DNA of 64,000 nucleotides from an uncultured candidate division Zixibacteria bacterium (GTDB taxonomy: Bacteria > Zixibacteria > MSB-5A5 > UBA10806): assembly GCA_963801605.1 (NCBI GenBank), contig CAWDFP010000006.1, positions 1,248,001 to 1,312,000 on the forward strand. The letters are read 5' to 3'. The translations under genes were made by a program, and so were the position numbers. Under the pieces are notes generated by a model. That model saw nothing but the letters and a program-made list of their open reading frames with translations, was not told the DNA's origin and made no database searches. This document shows positions 10,703 to 22,656 of the stretch, in pieces. Position 1 is the stretch's first letter; every line of letters starts with the position of its first letter.

Positions 10703-11080
10703 TTATGATTCCAATATCACATTTGCCGAGGCCCATTCTGCGGTATGCGACAAAGAGACGAAGATATTTTTTATCCCCAGCCGCTTGGCCGTTTCCCGCA
10801 CCCCACCGCATAGTATAATAAACGGTTGACCGTTTTCCCTGTTTTGTATATCGATTTCAAGCCAGGACATTTCCGGCGTCAAACCGGTTGAAAGAGCCTT
10901 GAGTAACGCTTCCTTGGCGGCAAACCTGGCTGCAAAATGACGTTCGGGATAGCGCTTGCATTCGCAGTAAGATATTTCTCCCTGCGTAAATATACTGTCT
11001 TTGATGCCGGAACCGTTGCGATCAAGCTCGCGACGCATTCTGGCGACTTCAAAAATATCATTGCCAATCCCGACGATCAT
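10703..11080 (-). CDS. acpS: Holo-ACP synthase
   Basis: MIVGIGNDI, FAARFAAKEA, VSLSH. Confidence 0.92.
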   Translation of the reverse strand: MIVGIGNDIFEVARMRRELDRNGSGIKDSIFTQGEISYCECKRYPERHFAARFAAKEALLKALSTGLTPEMSWLEIDIQNRENGQPFIILCGGVRETAKRLGIKNIFVSLSHTAEWASANVILES

Positions 11081-11111
11081 CTCATTGTATTACCGAGTCT
11101 CTGTATTGTAT

Positions 11112-11145
11112 GCGTCAGGATGGAAAGCTTCCAACATCCAGACGC
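11112..11145. repeat. CGTC-type REP-like palindrome
   Basis: GCGTCAGGATG-N12-CATCCAGACGC; near-copy at 18599-18632. Confidence 0.6.
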
Positions 11146-11159
11146 CTAAACTCACAGCT

Positions 11160-12273
11160 CTACTTGCGCTTCATCGCTTCGTCCAATTCCTTTTTATCCG
11201 GGAACAGAACTATCTTACCGGCTTTTCTTTCCTTAAACGGCACCAGTAACTTGTCGAATCCAGCCGCAAAATCCTGAAGCGCCATTTTGTGTGTTACCAC
11301 CGGGGAAACATCAAGCCGTTTTGGATGCCAATAAATTCCTGACTCGATACCAGGTATCGAACATCTTACGTCCGTTGATACCATGAATCTGGCATCCTTT
11401 GAAAACGATACTGTTATTGTAATCGATTGTCATTGTAGGTTCAGATAACACCCCAAACGCTGAAAAGCGTCCGCCCTTGCGAAGCATCCCGAAACCTTCC
11501 TGGATCGCCTGCTGGACTCCTGCCATTTCCACAACAATATCAGCCCCATAGCCGAAGGTATGATCCTTGACATAGCTTATGCGATCAATCTTGGCGTCAT
11601 CAGCGTAAAGGATATGATCGGCTCCCATCCGACGGCCTAATTCGAGATTAAACGGGCTCATTCCAACCATAAAGATATTAGTGATGCCAACCGCGCGTGC
11701 CACACCCACCGCAAATAGCCCGATTGGGCCATCGCCTAAAATAACCATTGATTTGCCGGCCACGTCATTATCCTCGCCTAATACAGCGTAAGTGGCGTTA
11801 CCCAATGGTTCCTGAATCGTGGCATATTCCGGCGGGATCGATTTGTCATTCACCCAGCAAACCACCTCCGGGATAGCCACATACTCCGCGAAAACGCCGT
11901 CGCGATCCACACCCAGGATTTGCATTCTCTCACCCAGATGCATCTGGCCTAACAGCGCCTGCAAATCACCGGAATAGGGGATATGTGTTTCGGCGGAGAT
12001 GTAATCTCCAATCGCGATCTTTTTGACGAATTTGCCTTTATCGACAACTACGCCCGCCACTTCATGGCCGAGTATCTGAGGCAGGCCCTTGGCCCCGATC
12101 CTCTTGTCCGACCAATCATCCCATTTATAAATATGAACATCAGTTCCGCAAATGGATGTTGCGCTGACTTTTACCAGCACCTCATCATCACCTATAACTG
12201 GCAGCGGTACTTCCAGAAGCTCCGCACCTTTTTCCGCTTTGGTTTTCACCACGGCCATCATTTTTTCGGCCAT
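11160..12273 (-). CDS. tdh: L-threonine 3-dehydrogenase-like MDR zinc dehydrogenase; +1 frameshift at ~11320
   Basis: ICGTDVH, LGHEVAG, QEPLGNA, GDGPIG, GRKMFDTW; C-terminus (RLDVSPVVTHKM...GKIVL) continues in the shifted frame to 11160. Confidence 0.8.
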
Positions 12274-12688
12274 TTATTTCACCTCTTCAAAACACAAGTT
12301 ACACATTTAGTTTCCCAATCTAATTCTTTATCTCCATGCAGGCAAATCATTTTTGGCCATAATAAACTGCGCTTGGTTTTTGCAGGAGAGTTCAAATTCA
12401 ATAACTGCCGTCGAGCATTTTCGCGCCGTCAAATTGCTTAGACAATCATCGAGTCGAACGTGCAACAGATCTTGTTCAAGGCCTTTATAAAACCGATTCA
12501 GAATGGGGTTTCTCCATCGCCTATAGGAATTAATCAATATTTTATCGGGTCTCGAAGTTGCGCCAGGATTTCCTGCATTAAAATAACGCTCGTAAGATAA
12601 TATATCATAAAGATTTGCATATCCGTAAACGCTTGCTCAGAGTGGCATGTTAATTGCCATAATATTGGAATGGAAATTGGGTGAATTT

Positions 12689-13177
12689 ATGAAATTTAGA
12701 TACTTGATTACAATTTTGGCAATCCTCGCAGTTTTTGAACCGGTTGCTCTAGCAGGTCCCGGCCGCACAAGTGCCGTATTTTACTTGTCAGAAAACAGCC
12801 TTGATTATGCCAATAATATTAATTATGTCCCGGATGATACTCATCAGTTGTCTTTTACTTTGCGGTTTGAACATTCCCGGGACGCCATAAGTTTCTCTCA
12901 GGAATCTATTTCACCTCAAAAGCGAGGTGCTGCCAGGTCGGACGCCCAAACGAAGAAAGTGATTTATCTGGTTTGTGCCGCAAGGTACAGCACCAGGGCG
13001 GACGCCGAACGGCATGTGGAAACCTTACGCCGTTTCGGTTTTTCGTCGAAAATCGAATTAAAAGACCGGGACAACTTCAGGGTTGTGCTGGAAAAAACGG
13101 ATCAAAGATTGAAGGCAGAAAAAGCAAAAACCAGTTACGAGAAAAGGGGGGTGTCCTGTTTTATTGAAGAAGAGTAG
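12689..13177 (+). CDS. Exported SPOR-domain protein
   Basis: Signal peptide; C-terminal YLVCAARYSTRADAERHVETLRRFGF...FRVVL resembles SPOR. Confidence 0.6.
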   Translation: MKFRYLITILAILAVFEPVALAGPGRTSAVFYLSENSLDYANNINYVPDDTHQLSFTLRFEHSRDAISFSQESISPQKRGAARSDAQTKKVIYLVCAARYSTRADAERHVETLRRFGFSSKIELKDRDNFRVVLEKTDQRLKAEKAKTSYEKRGVSCFIEEE

Positions 13178-13213
13178 TTTCCTCCTTTTGGGTGAGTCCC
13201 GACCTGTAGTTCC

Positions 13214-13247
13214 AAGGGGGCCTGGTCCACGGCCCCCTTCTTTATTT
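13214..13247 (+). terminator. Intrinsic terminator
   Basis: AAGGGGGCC/GGCCCCCTT stem followed by CTTTATTT. Confidence 0.6.
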
Positions 13248-13261
13248 GACTCTAATTAATA

Positions 13262-13312
13262 GTAGGTCAAATCTCTTCAGAGATTTGACGCTCAGCTTTG
13301 GAGATTTGACGC
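13262..13312. repeat. GTAG-tagged REP-like palindrome with duplicated right arm
   Basis: GTAG-GTCAAATCTC-TTCA-GAGATTTGAC; right arm repeated at 13301-13312; near-identical copy at 53318-53345. Confidence 0.7.
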
Positions 13313-13317
13313 CCAGA

Positions 13318-14412
13318 CTATTTCCGCGATTTGTACATCAAAACAAATCCGACCGAAAGAAAAACAATATCCCCGATAGAGGCCGCCAGAAGCGGTTGCA
13401 GTTTACCCGCGTTGCCAAAACTCTGCCCAATTCGGATGAGGACGAAAAATATAAATGAGATAATAATCGAAATACCAAATCCCACGGCCGGACCGGATCG
13501 TCGAGGATTGGCCGCTAAAGGAGCCCCGATAAGAACCAGGATAAAATTCGCCAGCGGAAATGTAAACTTTAAATACAGCTCCACTTGATCTTTATAAACC
13601 TCCTCGCCAAGCTGCCTCTTTTGCTTGATTCGTTTAACCAGATCAAAGTAGTTAATCTGTCTGGGAGGAATTGGTATCTCTGCCAGCATTTCAGGTGTCT
13701 GAGTAAGGAATGGCGCCGCCAGGGTATCGAATTTCTCGAATCGCACCGGTGGCCCGGCTGGGTCGGGCGAAAAGACCTGTCCCGTGCCCTTTATCAAAAT
13801 CCATCCGGAATTTGTATGCGCCAGCTTCTGGGCAGTGTAAGTTTCCATAATCCTGTTATCGATAATCCTGTGTATCTTTACTCCGGTCGCTGTCTGTTCA
13901 CCGATATTGTAAAGATCGCCGATAATAATCCATCCATTCTCGCCTGGCACTTTAATATCGTTCCTGGTCATTTTGGAAACGGGGGGCCGTTTTTCGATCT
14001 GATATTCCTGAATCTCGTCCTTCCGTCGTTCGGTGGCGGTTAAAACAAATTCGGCAAAAAACATTACCCCGATGGAAATCAATAGCCCCGCGATCAACAG
14101 CGGGTTAACGATTCTATAAAGGCTCAGCCCCGATGCTTTCATGACATCGAGTTCATGATTTTTGGCAAGCGATCCTGTCGAAAATAACGTTGAAACCAGC
14201 ATCGCTACCGGGAATGCCAGGATTATATAGAATGGAAGATAGTTTATATAATAAAGTGTAATTACTTTGACCGAAACATTGTAGCGTTCCATGATACGCC
14301 AGCCGCGTTCGACGAAATCGACCACAAATACAATTACAGTAAACGAAAATACTGTCCCGATTAAGGCAGTGAAAAACTTTTTTAGAATATATCTATCGAG
14401 AATATTAAGCAT
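13318..14412 (-). CDS. lptG: LPS export ABC transporter permease (LptG-like)
   Basis: ILDRYILKKF, ELDVMKASGLS, KFTFPLANF; 3+3 TM layout. Confidence 0.8.
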   Translation of the reverse strand: MLNILDRYILKKFFTALIGTVFSFTVIVFVVDFVERGWRIMERYNVSVKVITLYYINYLPFYIILAFPVAMLVSTLFSTGSLAKNHELDVMKASGLSLYRIVNPLLIAGLLISIGVMFFAEFVLTATERRKDEIQEYQIEKRPPVSKMTRNDIKVPGENGWIIIGDLYNIGEQTATGVKIHRIIDNRIMETYTAQKLAHTNSGWILIKGTGQVFSPDPAGPPVRFEKFDTLAAPFLTQTPEMLAEIPIPPRQINYFDLVKRIKQKRQLGEEVYKDQVELYLKFTFPLANFILVLIGAPLAANPRRSGPAVGFGISIIISFIFFVLIRIGQSFGNAGKLQPLLAASIGDIVFLSVGFVLMYKSRK

Positions 14413-15788
14413 TATACATGCTCCGCTTTTGACCTGCGGAAAAGATCGCGGACCCTATCGAATATTGAAACCACGGTCGATTGGCGAATAAACATGATAG
14501 TTAAGATCACGCCCGCTCCGCCTATAATAAAATTGGGAAGCCACATTGCCCAAAACGCTGGAAGAACATCGATATCCGCAAGCTGTTCACCTCCGATTAA
14601 AAAGGCCCAATATACAATGAAGAATAAAAGCGAAAGTCCGATTCCCGTAGCGAACCCGCCTTTTCTGGCTAATGATCCCAGCGGCGCTCCGATCAACGCA
14701 AAGGCGATACAGGCCGCCGGAATCGAAAACTTCTTGTGTATTTCCACATCCAGCGAATTAATTTCCTGATCGTAACTCTGGGCGCTCTTTTCTAAAAACG
14801 CCAATTTGGCCGCGACTTCCTTATTGTCGTTTAGGACTCTATCTTCCGGTTTTGGAAGTAATGCCGCCAACTCGGGCTTTATATCCCTGGCCCGATATGC
14901 GTTCGATATCGTAGCGCTGATTATGCTGTCCGCTTGCGCCATGACTCCCTGTAACCTCAGCCTCCGCCCCCTGTTCTGTTCTATCATCATTCCGATGGTC
15001 ATTTCCCGATCGCCTCTGGTGCTTTCGGTTGTTCGTTGCATATCCGATGATGCACCAGGTATGGCTATGGTTTGTTTGACAAACTCGGTTCGGGTATATC
15101 CGCTGGGATTCTTGGGATCATAATCCAGCACCTCGCCGGATTCGAGCTCCAAAATCAAAGTCGTGCCGTCGGCTGAAAAAAACATCTTGCCGTGCTTGGC
15201 GGTAATCACCCGCTGGGAATTCGCTGATTCAATAATAACTATATCCGCAATTTCCGATGTCTGCCGTGATACCGTTTTTACCCGGATACTATAACCTTCA
15301 AAACGATCCAAAAAAATGTTTTCTTCGAGCGACCAGGTCGGCTTTTTTCGGGTTATATCGGTCAGGAGCATCCGGGCGCGATGATTCGATTCGGGCAGCA
15401 CCCGATCATTGAACAGTATCATCAGTACCGCTAATACAAAAGCCCCGCCTAACATCGGGACTAAGAGTCGTTTAAATGAGATACCGCAGGCCTTACAGGC
15501 GGTTATTTCGTTATCCGAAGATAACCGTCCAAATGCCATTAGCACCGCTACCAGAACTGCCATCGGAACCGCCAGGGCCAGCATCCACGCTAAATTGAGT
15601 GCAAAAAGCTCTATCACCGTGGCGATATCCAAGCCTTTGTCGATGATGAGATTCATGATATCCACCAAAAAATCCATAATCAACACCAGCGTGATTACTG
15701 CCAGGCCAAAGAAAAATGGCCCTATCGATTCTCGCAGTAGATATCGTGATAGAATCTTCATCCCGTCGATTATACGTGCCATGTCCAT
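14412..15788 (-). CDS. lptF: LPS export ABC transporter permease (LptF-like)
   Basis: ILSRYLLRE, GRLSSDNEITACKACG, EIHKKFSIP; start may be downstream at MKILSRY. Confidence 0.8.
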   Translation of the reverse strand: MDMARIIDGMKILSRYLLRESIGPFFFGLAVITLVLIMDFLVDIMNLIIDKGLDIATVIELFALNLAWMLALAVPMAVLVAVLMAFGRLSSDNEITACKACGISFKRLLVPMLGGAFVLAVLMILFNDRVLPESNHRARMLLTDITRKKPTWSLEENIFLDRFEGYSIRVKTVSRQTSEIADIVIIESANSQRVITAKHGKMFFSADGTTLILELESGEVLDYDPKNPSGYTRTEFVKQTIAIPGASSDMQRTTESTRGDREMTIGMMIEQNRGRRLRLQGVMAQADSIISATISNAYRARDIKPELAALLPKPEDRVLNDNKEVAAKLAFLEKSAQSYDQEINSLDVEIHKKFSIPAACIAFALIGAPLGSLARKGGFATGIGLSLLFFIVYWAFLIGGEQLADIDVLPAFWAMWLPNFIIGGAGVILTIMFIRQSTVVSIFDRVRDLFRRSKAEHV

Positions 15789-15844
15789 TTATCTCAAGCA
15801 GTTTCTGCTTGACATAAGCGCCGCAATTCAAATATTGGTACCAC

Positions 15845-16790
15845 ATGAAGTCCATCTTTGTGATTGATCTATTGGCCGGTAATGCGGTTGACGAGCTTTT
15901 TGCCCTGCGAAAAGTCGAACTTAAGGAATATTCCAACGGCAGGATGATTGTCATCGAGGCGGGGGACCAAACCGGACGAATCAAAGGCGTCATCTGGTCG
16001 GGATCATCCGAGCTATATAAAAGCCTTGCTCCCGGCGAGGTTTACCGAATCAAAGGCACCGTCACCACCTACAAAGGGGAGACTCAGATCACGGTTGAGC
16101 GCATGGAACCTGAACAAAACTACGATCCCCGGGATTTTCTTCCATCGGGCCCCTTTACGCTTGAGGAACTTGAAACCAGGCTCTCTGCCGCTATCGATGG
16201 AATCTTAGATAACGATTACCGTTCGCTGGTTGGGATAATTTTCATAGATGAAAAACTTCGCCGCGGATTTCTTTCCGGAGTTGGAGGAAAACTCTGGCAT
16301 CATAATTATATCGGGGGATTGGCCGAGCACACTTTTGGGGTTCACGATCTTTGCTGCGATTTTGCCGCCAGATATAAGGAACTCGACGGAGACCTCATGG
16401 CTGCCGGTGCGCTTCTTCACGATATCGGCAAGGTGGAAAGCTATTCTCTTGAAAATTTTATCGATTACACTGACAGCGGCCGCCTTATCGGCCATATCGT
16501 TATTGGTGATGAAATCTTAAAATCCGCAATTTCGCGCCTTCCCGATTTCCCGGCCTCGAAAAGCCTGAAAATCAGGCATCTCGTCTTATCGCATCAGGGC
16601 TCTCCGGAGCAATCGTCTCCGGTGCCCCCGATGATTCCCGAGGGGGAGGCTCTTTATATAGCCGATCTGCTCGACAGCAAACTGGCCGCTTACAGGCGAA
16701 TTACTAATAAAGAAAAGCGCGCCGGGGTTAAATGGTCGGCATTTGTAAACCTTTTGGATAAGCACATATTTTTTGGAGATGACAAAGCAG

Positions 16791-16798
<8 letters not shown>
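15845..16798 (+). CDS. YhaM/Cbf1-family 3'-5' exoribonuclease (OB-fold + HD)
   Basis: N-terminal OB-fold (DQTGRIKG); HHNYIGGLAEHT, LLHDIGK, GHI, SHQG. Confidence 0.85.
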
Positions 16799-18502
<1,704 letters not shown>

Positions 18503-18528
18503 CACTAAATAATTTTCATAATGCAGTT

Positions 18529-18632
18529 GCGTCAGGTCTTAGGCTTCCGAGACCTGACGCCTTTATATGTCTAATTGCGAGGAATCCGGTTTTTTTATGC
18601 CTCAGGATGGAAGGATTCCGACATCCTGAGGC
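18529..18632. repeat. Two REP-like palindromes
   Basis: GCGTCAGGTCT/AGACCTGACGC (18529-18560) and GCCTCAGGATG/CATCCTGAGGC (18599-18632). Confidence 0.65.
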
Positions 18633-18774
18633 CGTTGTAACGGCAATCGACCCTAATTTTCTTGAATTTAGCGCAAAATTCATTGACGAAATTCGCCAAT
18701 TATGCTAAATAATGCCGCGTGAAAAATGACGATACGTTAGGATATGCGTTGGGGCTTACCCCGATCAATATAAA

Positions 18775-20277
18775 ATGAATCTTCCCAAAAGCTACGCTAA
18801 CAGAAGCCAGACCCTTCAGGCTCGCGTTCTCAGGCGATTAATTTATCTGTTACTTTTCCTCTGCATCTTGGTGGGAATTCTGGTTTTCGCACCCCAGGTG
18901 TTGGCAGATGAACTTGATAATATCAAATTAGCCGGAGTGATGCGCGTTGGGACCGATGCCACCTATCCGCCTTTTGAATATGCCGATGATAAAACGCGGG
19001 AGATTATCGGTTTCGATATCGACCTCATGAAAGCGCTCAGCGAACGATTGGGGGTCAAACCGGAGTTTGTCGTGGTTCCTTTCGATGCGATCATCTCCGG
19101 ACTCAACTCCGGAAAATATGATTGCGTCATCTCCTCGATGACGATAACGCCTGAGCGGTCTCAGGCGATTCTTTTTAGTGAGCCATACTATGATGCCGGC
19201 CAATCTATCGCCGTTAACGCTGATAACCAAACCATTAGATCATTTGACGATCTTGCTGGTAAGCGGATCGGCGCCCAACTCGGCACCACGGGGGAGATGC
19301 TTGCCAAAAAAATCCCCAATGCCGTCGTTCGCTCCTTTGATAATATCGGCGAGGCTTTCCGCGACATGGCCAATGGAAATCTTGACGCCATCGTTAATGA
19401 TAAACCCGTTTCGCAACGCATTATTATGGCCCGCGGCAAAGCCAAGCTTGTGGGACCTGTTCTTTCTACCGAGCATTACGGTATTGCAATGCGTAAGGGC
19501 GAGGATCGTTTCAAACGCGCTATCGATAACGCTCTCTCCGAGCTTCGGGTGAGCGGCGATTACGCCAGGATAAATGAAAAATGGTTCGGGGCGCCGATTG
19601 CCCTGCAAACCGGCCAATCGTTTTTTCCCATGCTCTGGTCAATCTTGAAATATCTGGCCCCCGCAGTGCCGATGACGATCTTAATCACGCTTTGCTCATT
19701 TCTCCTGGCAGTCATTTTGGGTATCATTGCCGCTTTGGGACGAATCGCTCGTAGCCGAATCGCAGTCAATATCGCCAAAATATATTCTGATGTTATTCGA
19801 GGCGTGCCTCTTATCGTGCAGATATTCTTCATCTATTTTGGTTTGGGCTCGATCTTTCATCTTGGTGAATTCTGGGCCGGCGTGGCTGCCATCGGATTAT
19901 GTTACGGAGCTTACCTCGCCGAGATTTTTCGCGCCGGTATCCAGGCTATTCCTCGAGGACAATCCGAGGCGGCGCTTTCGTTGGGCATGAGCCGTGCGCA
20001 AGTGGATCGCTTTGTAATCCTGCCTCAGGCTATCCGATTGGTGATTCCGCCCGTATCGAATGAATTCATCGCCTGCCTTAAAGATTCATCGCTGGTTTCA
20101 ATTATTGGATTGCGCGAACTGACCCGCGCCGGACGGGAATACCTTTCCTGGTCTTATGTCGATTTCGCAACCTGGCTAATGGTCGGATTACTTTATCTGA
20201 TTATGACTCTTGCTCTGGCGCGTTTCTCGCGAGTGCTGGAAAGCCGTTATAAAATCCCTGGACTGGGGACTCATTAG
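18775..20277 (+). CDS. Polar amino-acid ABC transporter, fused substrate-binding + permease
   Basis: [44 protein letters not shown]. Confidence 0.9.
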   Translation: MNLPKSYANRSQTLQARVLRRLIYLLLFLCILVGILVFAPQVLADELDNIKLAGVMRVGTDATYPPFEYADDKTREIIGFDIDLMKALSERLGVKPEFVVVPFDAIISGLNSGKYDCVISSMTITPERSQAILFSEPYYDAGQSIAVNADNQTIRSFDDLAGKRIGAQLGTTGEMLAKKIPNAVVRSFDNIGEAFRDMANGNLDAIVNDKPVSQRIIMARGKAKLVGPVLSTEHYGIAMRKGEDRFKRAIDNALSELRVSGDYARINEKWFGAPIALQTGQSFFPMLWSILKYLAPAVPMTILITLCSFLLAVILGIIAALGRIARSRIAVNIAKIYSDVIRGVPLIVQIFFIYFGLGSIFHLGEFWAGVAAIGLCYGAYLAEIFRAGIQAIPRGQSEAALSLGMSRAQVDRFVILPQAIRLVIPPVSNEFIACLKDSSLVSIIGLRELTRAGREYLSWSYVDFATWLMVGLLYLIMTLALARFSRVLESRYKIPGLGTH

Positions 20278-20279
20278 CG

Positions 20280-21011
20280 ATGCCCATAGTCTCGATAAAA
20301 AATATCAGCAAAAGCTTCGGCGCCACCAAAGCAGTCGATGATGTCTCCTTTGATGTCGAGAAGGGGGAGGTAATTGTCTTAATCGGACCATCGGGCTCCG
20401 GCAAATCAACTTTCCTGCGCTGTATTAACGCCCTGGAACGGATTGACAGCGGCCATATAATTATCGAAAACGAAATTCTCGATAGCGCCGGCAAAAATAT
20501 TCATGATGTTCGGCTGGAAGTGGGCATGGTTTTCCAGCAGTTCGATTTATTCATGCATCTGACGGTGCTTGATAATCTGATGCTTGCCCAACGCGTGGTG
20601 CGCAAACGGTCCCGCGATGAAGCCGAAAAGATCGCCCGGGAATATTTGGCTAAAGTTGGTTTATCAGATAAAGCCGATTCATATCCGGCCTACCTTTCAG
20701 GCGGTCAGAAGCAACGCGCCGCAATTGCCCGGGCCCTTTGCATGAATCCCAAAATTATGCTCTTCGATGAACCAACCTCGGCTCTTGACCCGGAGATGAT
20801 AGGAGAGGTCCTCGATGTTATGAAAAATTTGGCGCTTGGCGGCATGACCATGATCGTTGTGACCCACGAGATCGGTTTTGCCCGCGAGGTCGCGGACCGA
20901 GTTGTCTTTTTTGAATCAGGTCAAATCCTGGAATCAGGGCCGACCAGCGATATCCTCGATTCAGCTAAACATCAGCGTACCAAAGACTTCCTTTCGAAAG
21001 TCCTCAAATAA
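20280..21011 (+). CDS. Amino-acid ABC transporter ATP-binding protein (GlnQ-like)
   Basis: [29 protein letters not shown]. Confidence 0.92.
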   Translation: MPIVSIKNISKSFGATKAVDDVSFDVEKGEVIVLIGPSGSGKSTFLRCINALERIDSGHIIIENEILDSAGKNIHDVRLEVGMVFQQFDLFMHLTVLDNLMLAQRVVRKRSRDEAEKIAREYLAKVGLSDKADSYPAYLSGGQKQRAAIARALCMNPKIMLFDEPTSALDPEMIGEVLDVMKNLALGGMTMIVVTHEIGFAREVADRVVFFESGQILESGPTSDILDSAKHQRTKDFLSKVLK

Positions 21012-21072
21012 TCCGGTATCAAGTTTCATTCCAGTCATTTTAATATTATAAACTCTTGGCTTTGCATTTTGT

Positions 21073-21090
21073 TTGTGATTTTTTTCGCAA
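21073..21090. promoter_or_regulatory. Rex/CRP-like operator candidate
   Basis: TTGTGATTTTTTTCGCAA versus Rex consensus TTGTGAA-N4-TTCACAA. Confidence 0.35.
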
Positions 21091-21263
21091 CAAAACCTAT
21101 ATTATCTTAGTTCAATACTTTCGAGATGCAAAACAAGCGCCGGTTCATCCGGTTTGAGTTCATTCCGATTTGAGGGAAATTAATTTTTTAATCTAAAATC
21201 AAAGCCGTTAATTTAAGTGTTAATAAAAATAGTAATATTTACTTAAAATGTTTGATTAATCTC

Positions 21264-21306
21264 TTGACACTATGAAATAGCCGGAGTATTATGACAAAAG
21301 TCATAA
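21264..21306 (+). promoter_or_regulatory. Sigma70 promoter with overlapping palindromic operator
   Basis: TTGACA-17nt-TATTAT; perfect TTATGAC-N4-GTCATAA palindrome at 21289-21306. Confidence 0.6.
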
Positions 21307-21339
21307 AAAACGCATGCATTTCACTGAGGAGGTAGTTAA

Positions 21340-21939
21340 ATGAAGAAAATTGCAGTATTACTAATGTCAATTGCCATGCTGATGCTTGTACTATCGGCCG
21401 TATCAATCGCCCAGGAGAAGGCCGCCCCGCCCGCCAAGGTTGTCCACAAATTTGTCGGAGCTGCCAAGTGCAAGATGTGCCATAATTCACCAGCTAAAGG
21501 CGATCAGTTCAAAATTTGGAGCGAGTCCAAACACGCCAAGGCTTTCGAAGTCTTAGCCACTCCCGAAGCCGATTCAGTCGGTAAAGCGCTCGGAGTTGAA
21601 AAGCCCCAGTTGAGCGACAAGTGCCTGGGCTGCCACCTGACCGGTTATGCCGCCGCTGCCGATGCTAAAGCCGCTACCTATAGCGCCACCGAAGGCGTTG
21701 GTTGCGAGGCTTGCCACGGCGCTGGTTCTGACTATATGCCTATGGGCGTCATGAAAGACAAAAAGGCAGCTATTGCAGCCGGCCTGGTTATTCCTGATGA
21801 GAAGACCTGCGTTACCTGTCACAATGATAAAAGCCCGACTTACAAGACATTCGTGATGGCGGATTTTGTAAAGAAAATCGCGCATCCGATTCCCAAGGCT
21901 AAGACAGAAGAGCCTGCCGGGAAAGCTACAACCAAGTAG
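21340..21939 (+). CDS. Periplasmic tetraheme cytochrome c (c554-like)
   Basis: Signal peptide; four CxxCH motifs (CKMCH, CLGCH, CEACH, CVTCH); GAGGAGG RBS. Confidence 0.9.
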   Translation: MKKIAVLLMSIAMLMLVLSAVSIAQEKAAPPAKVVHKFVGAAKCKMCHNSPAKGDQFKIWSESKHAKAFEVLATPEADSVGKALGVEKPQLSDKCLGCHLTGYAAAADAKAATYSATEGVGCEACHGAGSDYMPMGVMKDKKAAIAAGLVIPDEKTCVTCHNDKSPTYKTFVMADFVKKIAHPIPKAKTEEPAGKATTK

Positions 21940-21961
21940 CAAATTTCTCCTGGTAAAAATT

Positions 21962-21992
21962 AAGGGAGGTCTCTATTCGGGACCTCCCTTTT
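21962..21992. terminator. Bidirectional terminator
   Basis: AAGGGAGGTC/GACCTCCCTT stem between convergent genes. Confidence 0.7.
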
Positions 21993-22011
21993 AATTGTAT
22001 ATCAAATTTTC

Positions 22012-22239
22012 TTAGTCTAAGAATTTTAAATTGTCCTTAATCTTATTTTTCAGAAACTGTGGAGCTTTTTGATCAAAGCAGCTTTCCTGAATTAAGGATT
22101 TGATCTTTTTCTCGAAATCAAAATGATCGCAGCAGCTTTTGCAAATTTCCAAATGACGATCTAACTGCGCAACGGTTTCTTTATCCAGTTCCTTATCGAT
22201 ATATTCATATAACTTTTTTACCGCTTCTTCGCACGTCAT
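22012..22239 (-). CDS. Zinc-binding anti-sigma factor (RsrA/RshA-like, zf-HC2)
   Basis: CEE...LYEYIDKEL...HLEICKSC; AAGGA RBS before ATG 22239. Confidence 0.85.
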   Translation of the reverse strand: MTCEEAVKKLYEYIDKELDKETVAQLDRHLEICKSCCDHFDFEKKIKSLIQESCFDQKAPQFLKNKIKDNLKFLD

Positions 22240-22385
22240 TTCATAATTCCTTTCCATGTCGCTCGTGCTCAAACTGCTGCCAGGGGACATCAAATCCTTT
22301 ACGATTTACCCCCCAAAGGCCGCCAATTTCCAAAATTATCGCAGGACCAGAATATTGTTATCAACTTATTGCCTGCATCATACTT

Positions 22386-22412
22386 AACAACCATACCGCT
22401 CCCAAATGTTCC
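22386..22412 (-). promoter_or_regulatory. SigR/SigH-type ECF promoter candidate for the anti-sigma gene
   Basis: Minus strand GGAAC-N19-GTT. Confidence 0.4.
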
Positions 22413-22656
22413 GGCGCGACTCATAATTGTCAAAATCTCCTTCTAATCATCACACTCAATGTTTATATCGGTCTGATGTGCTTCCGAATTATATTCCTTC
22501 ACTGTTTTTATTCTGATTTAACATAGCGCTTATCAGTCCATGATGCCTTGTTTGCGGGATTAATCGCTTTTCGCTATTGGAAAGAAGAATCATTTTCCCT
22601 TAAGATTTTTGATAATTAATAATGCGAATTTCCGATTTTCGCCCCCGGCGTTACTG

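Noticed and set aside
12274..12640. Glycine riboswitch or other leader upstream of tdh (also checked upstream of kbl copy 2)
   Set aside because: No recognisable aptamer consensus by eye; an Rfam scan would settle it.
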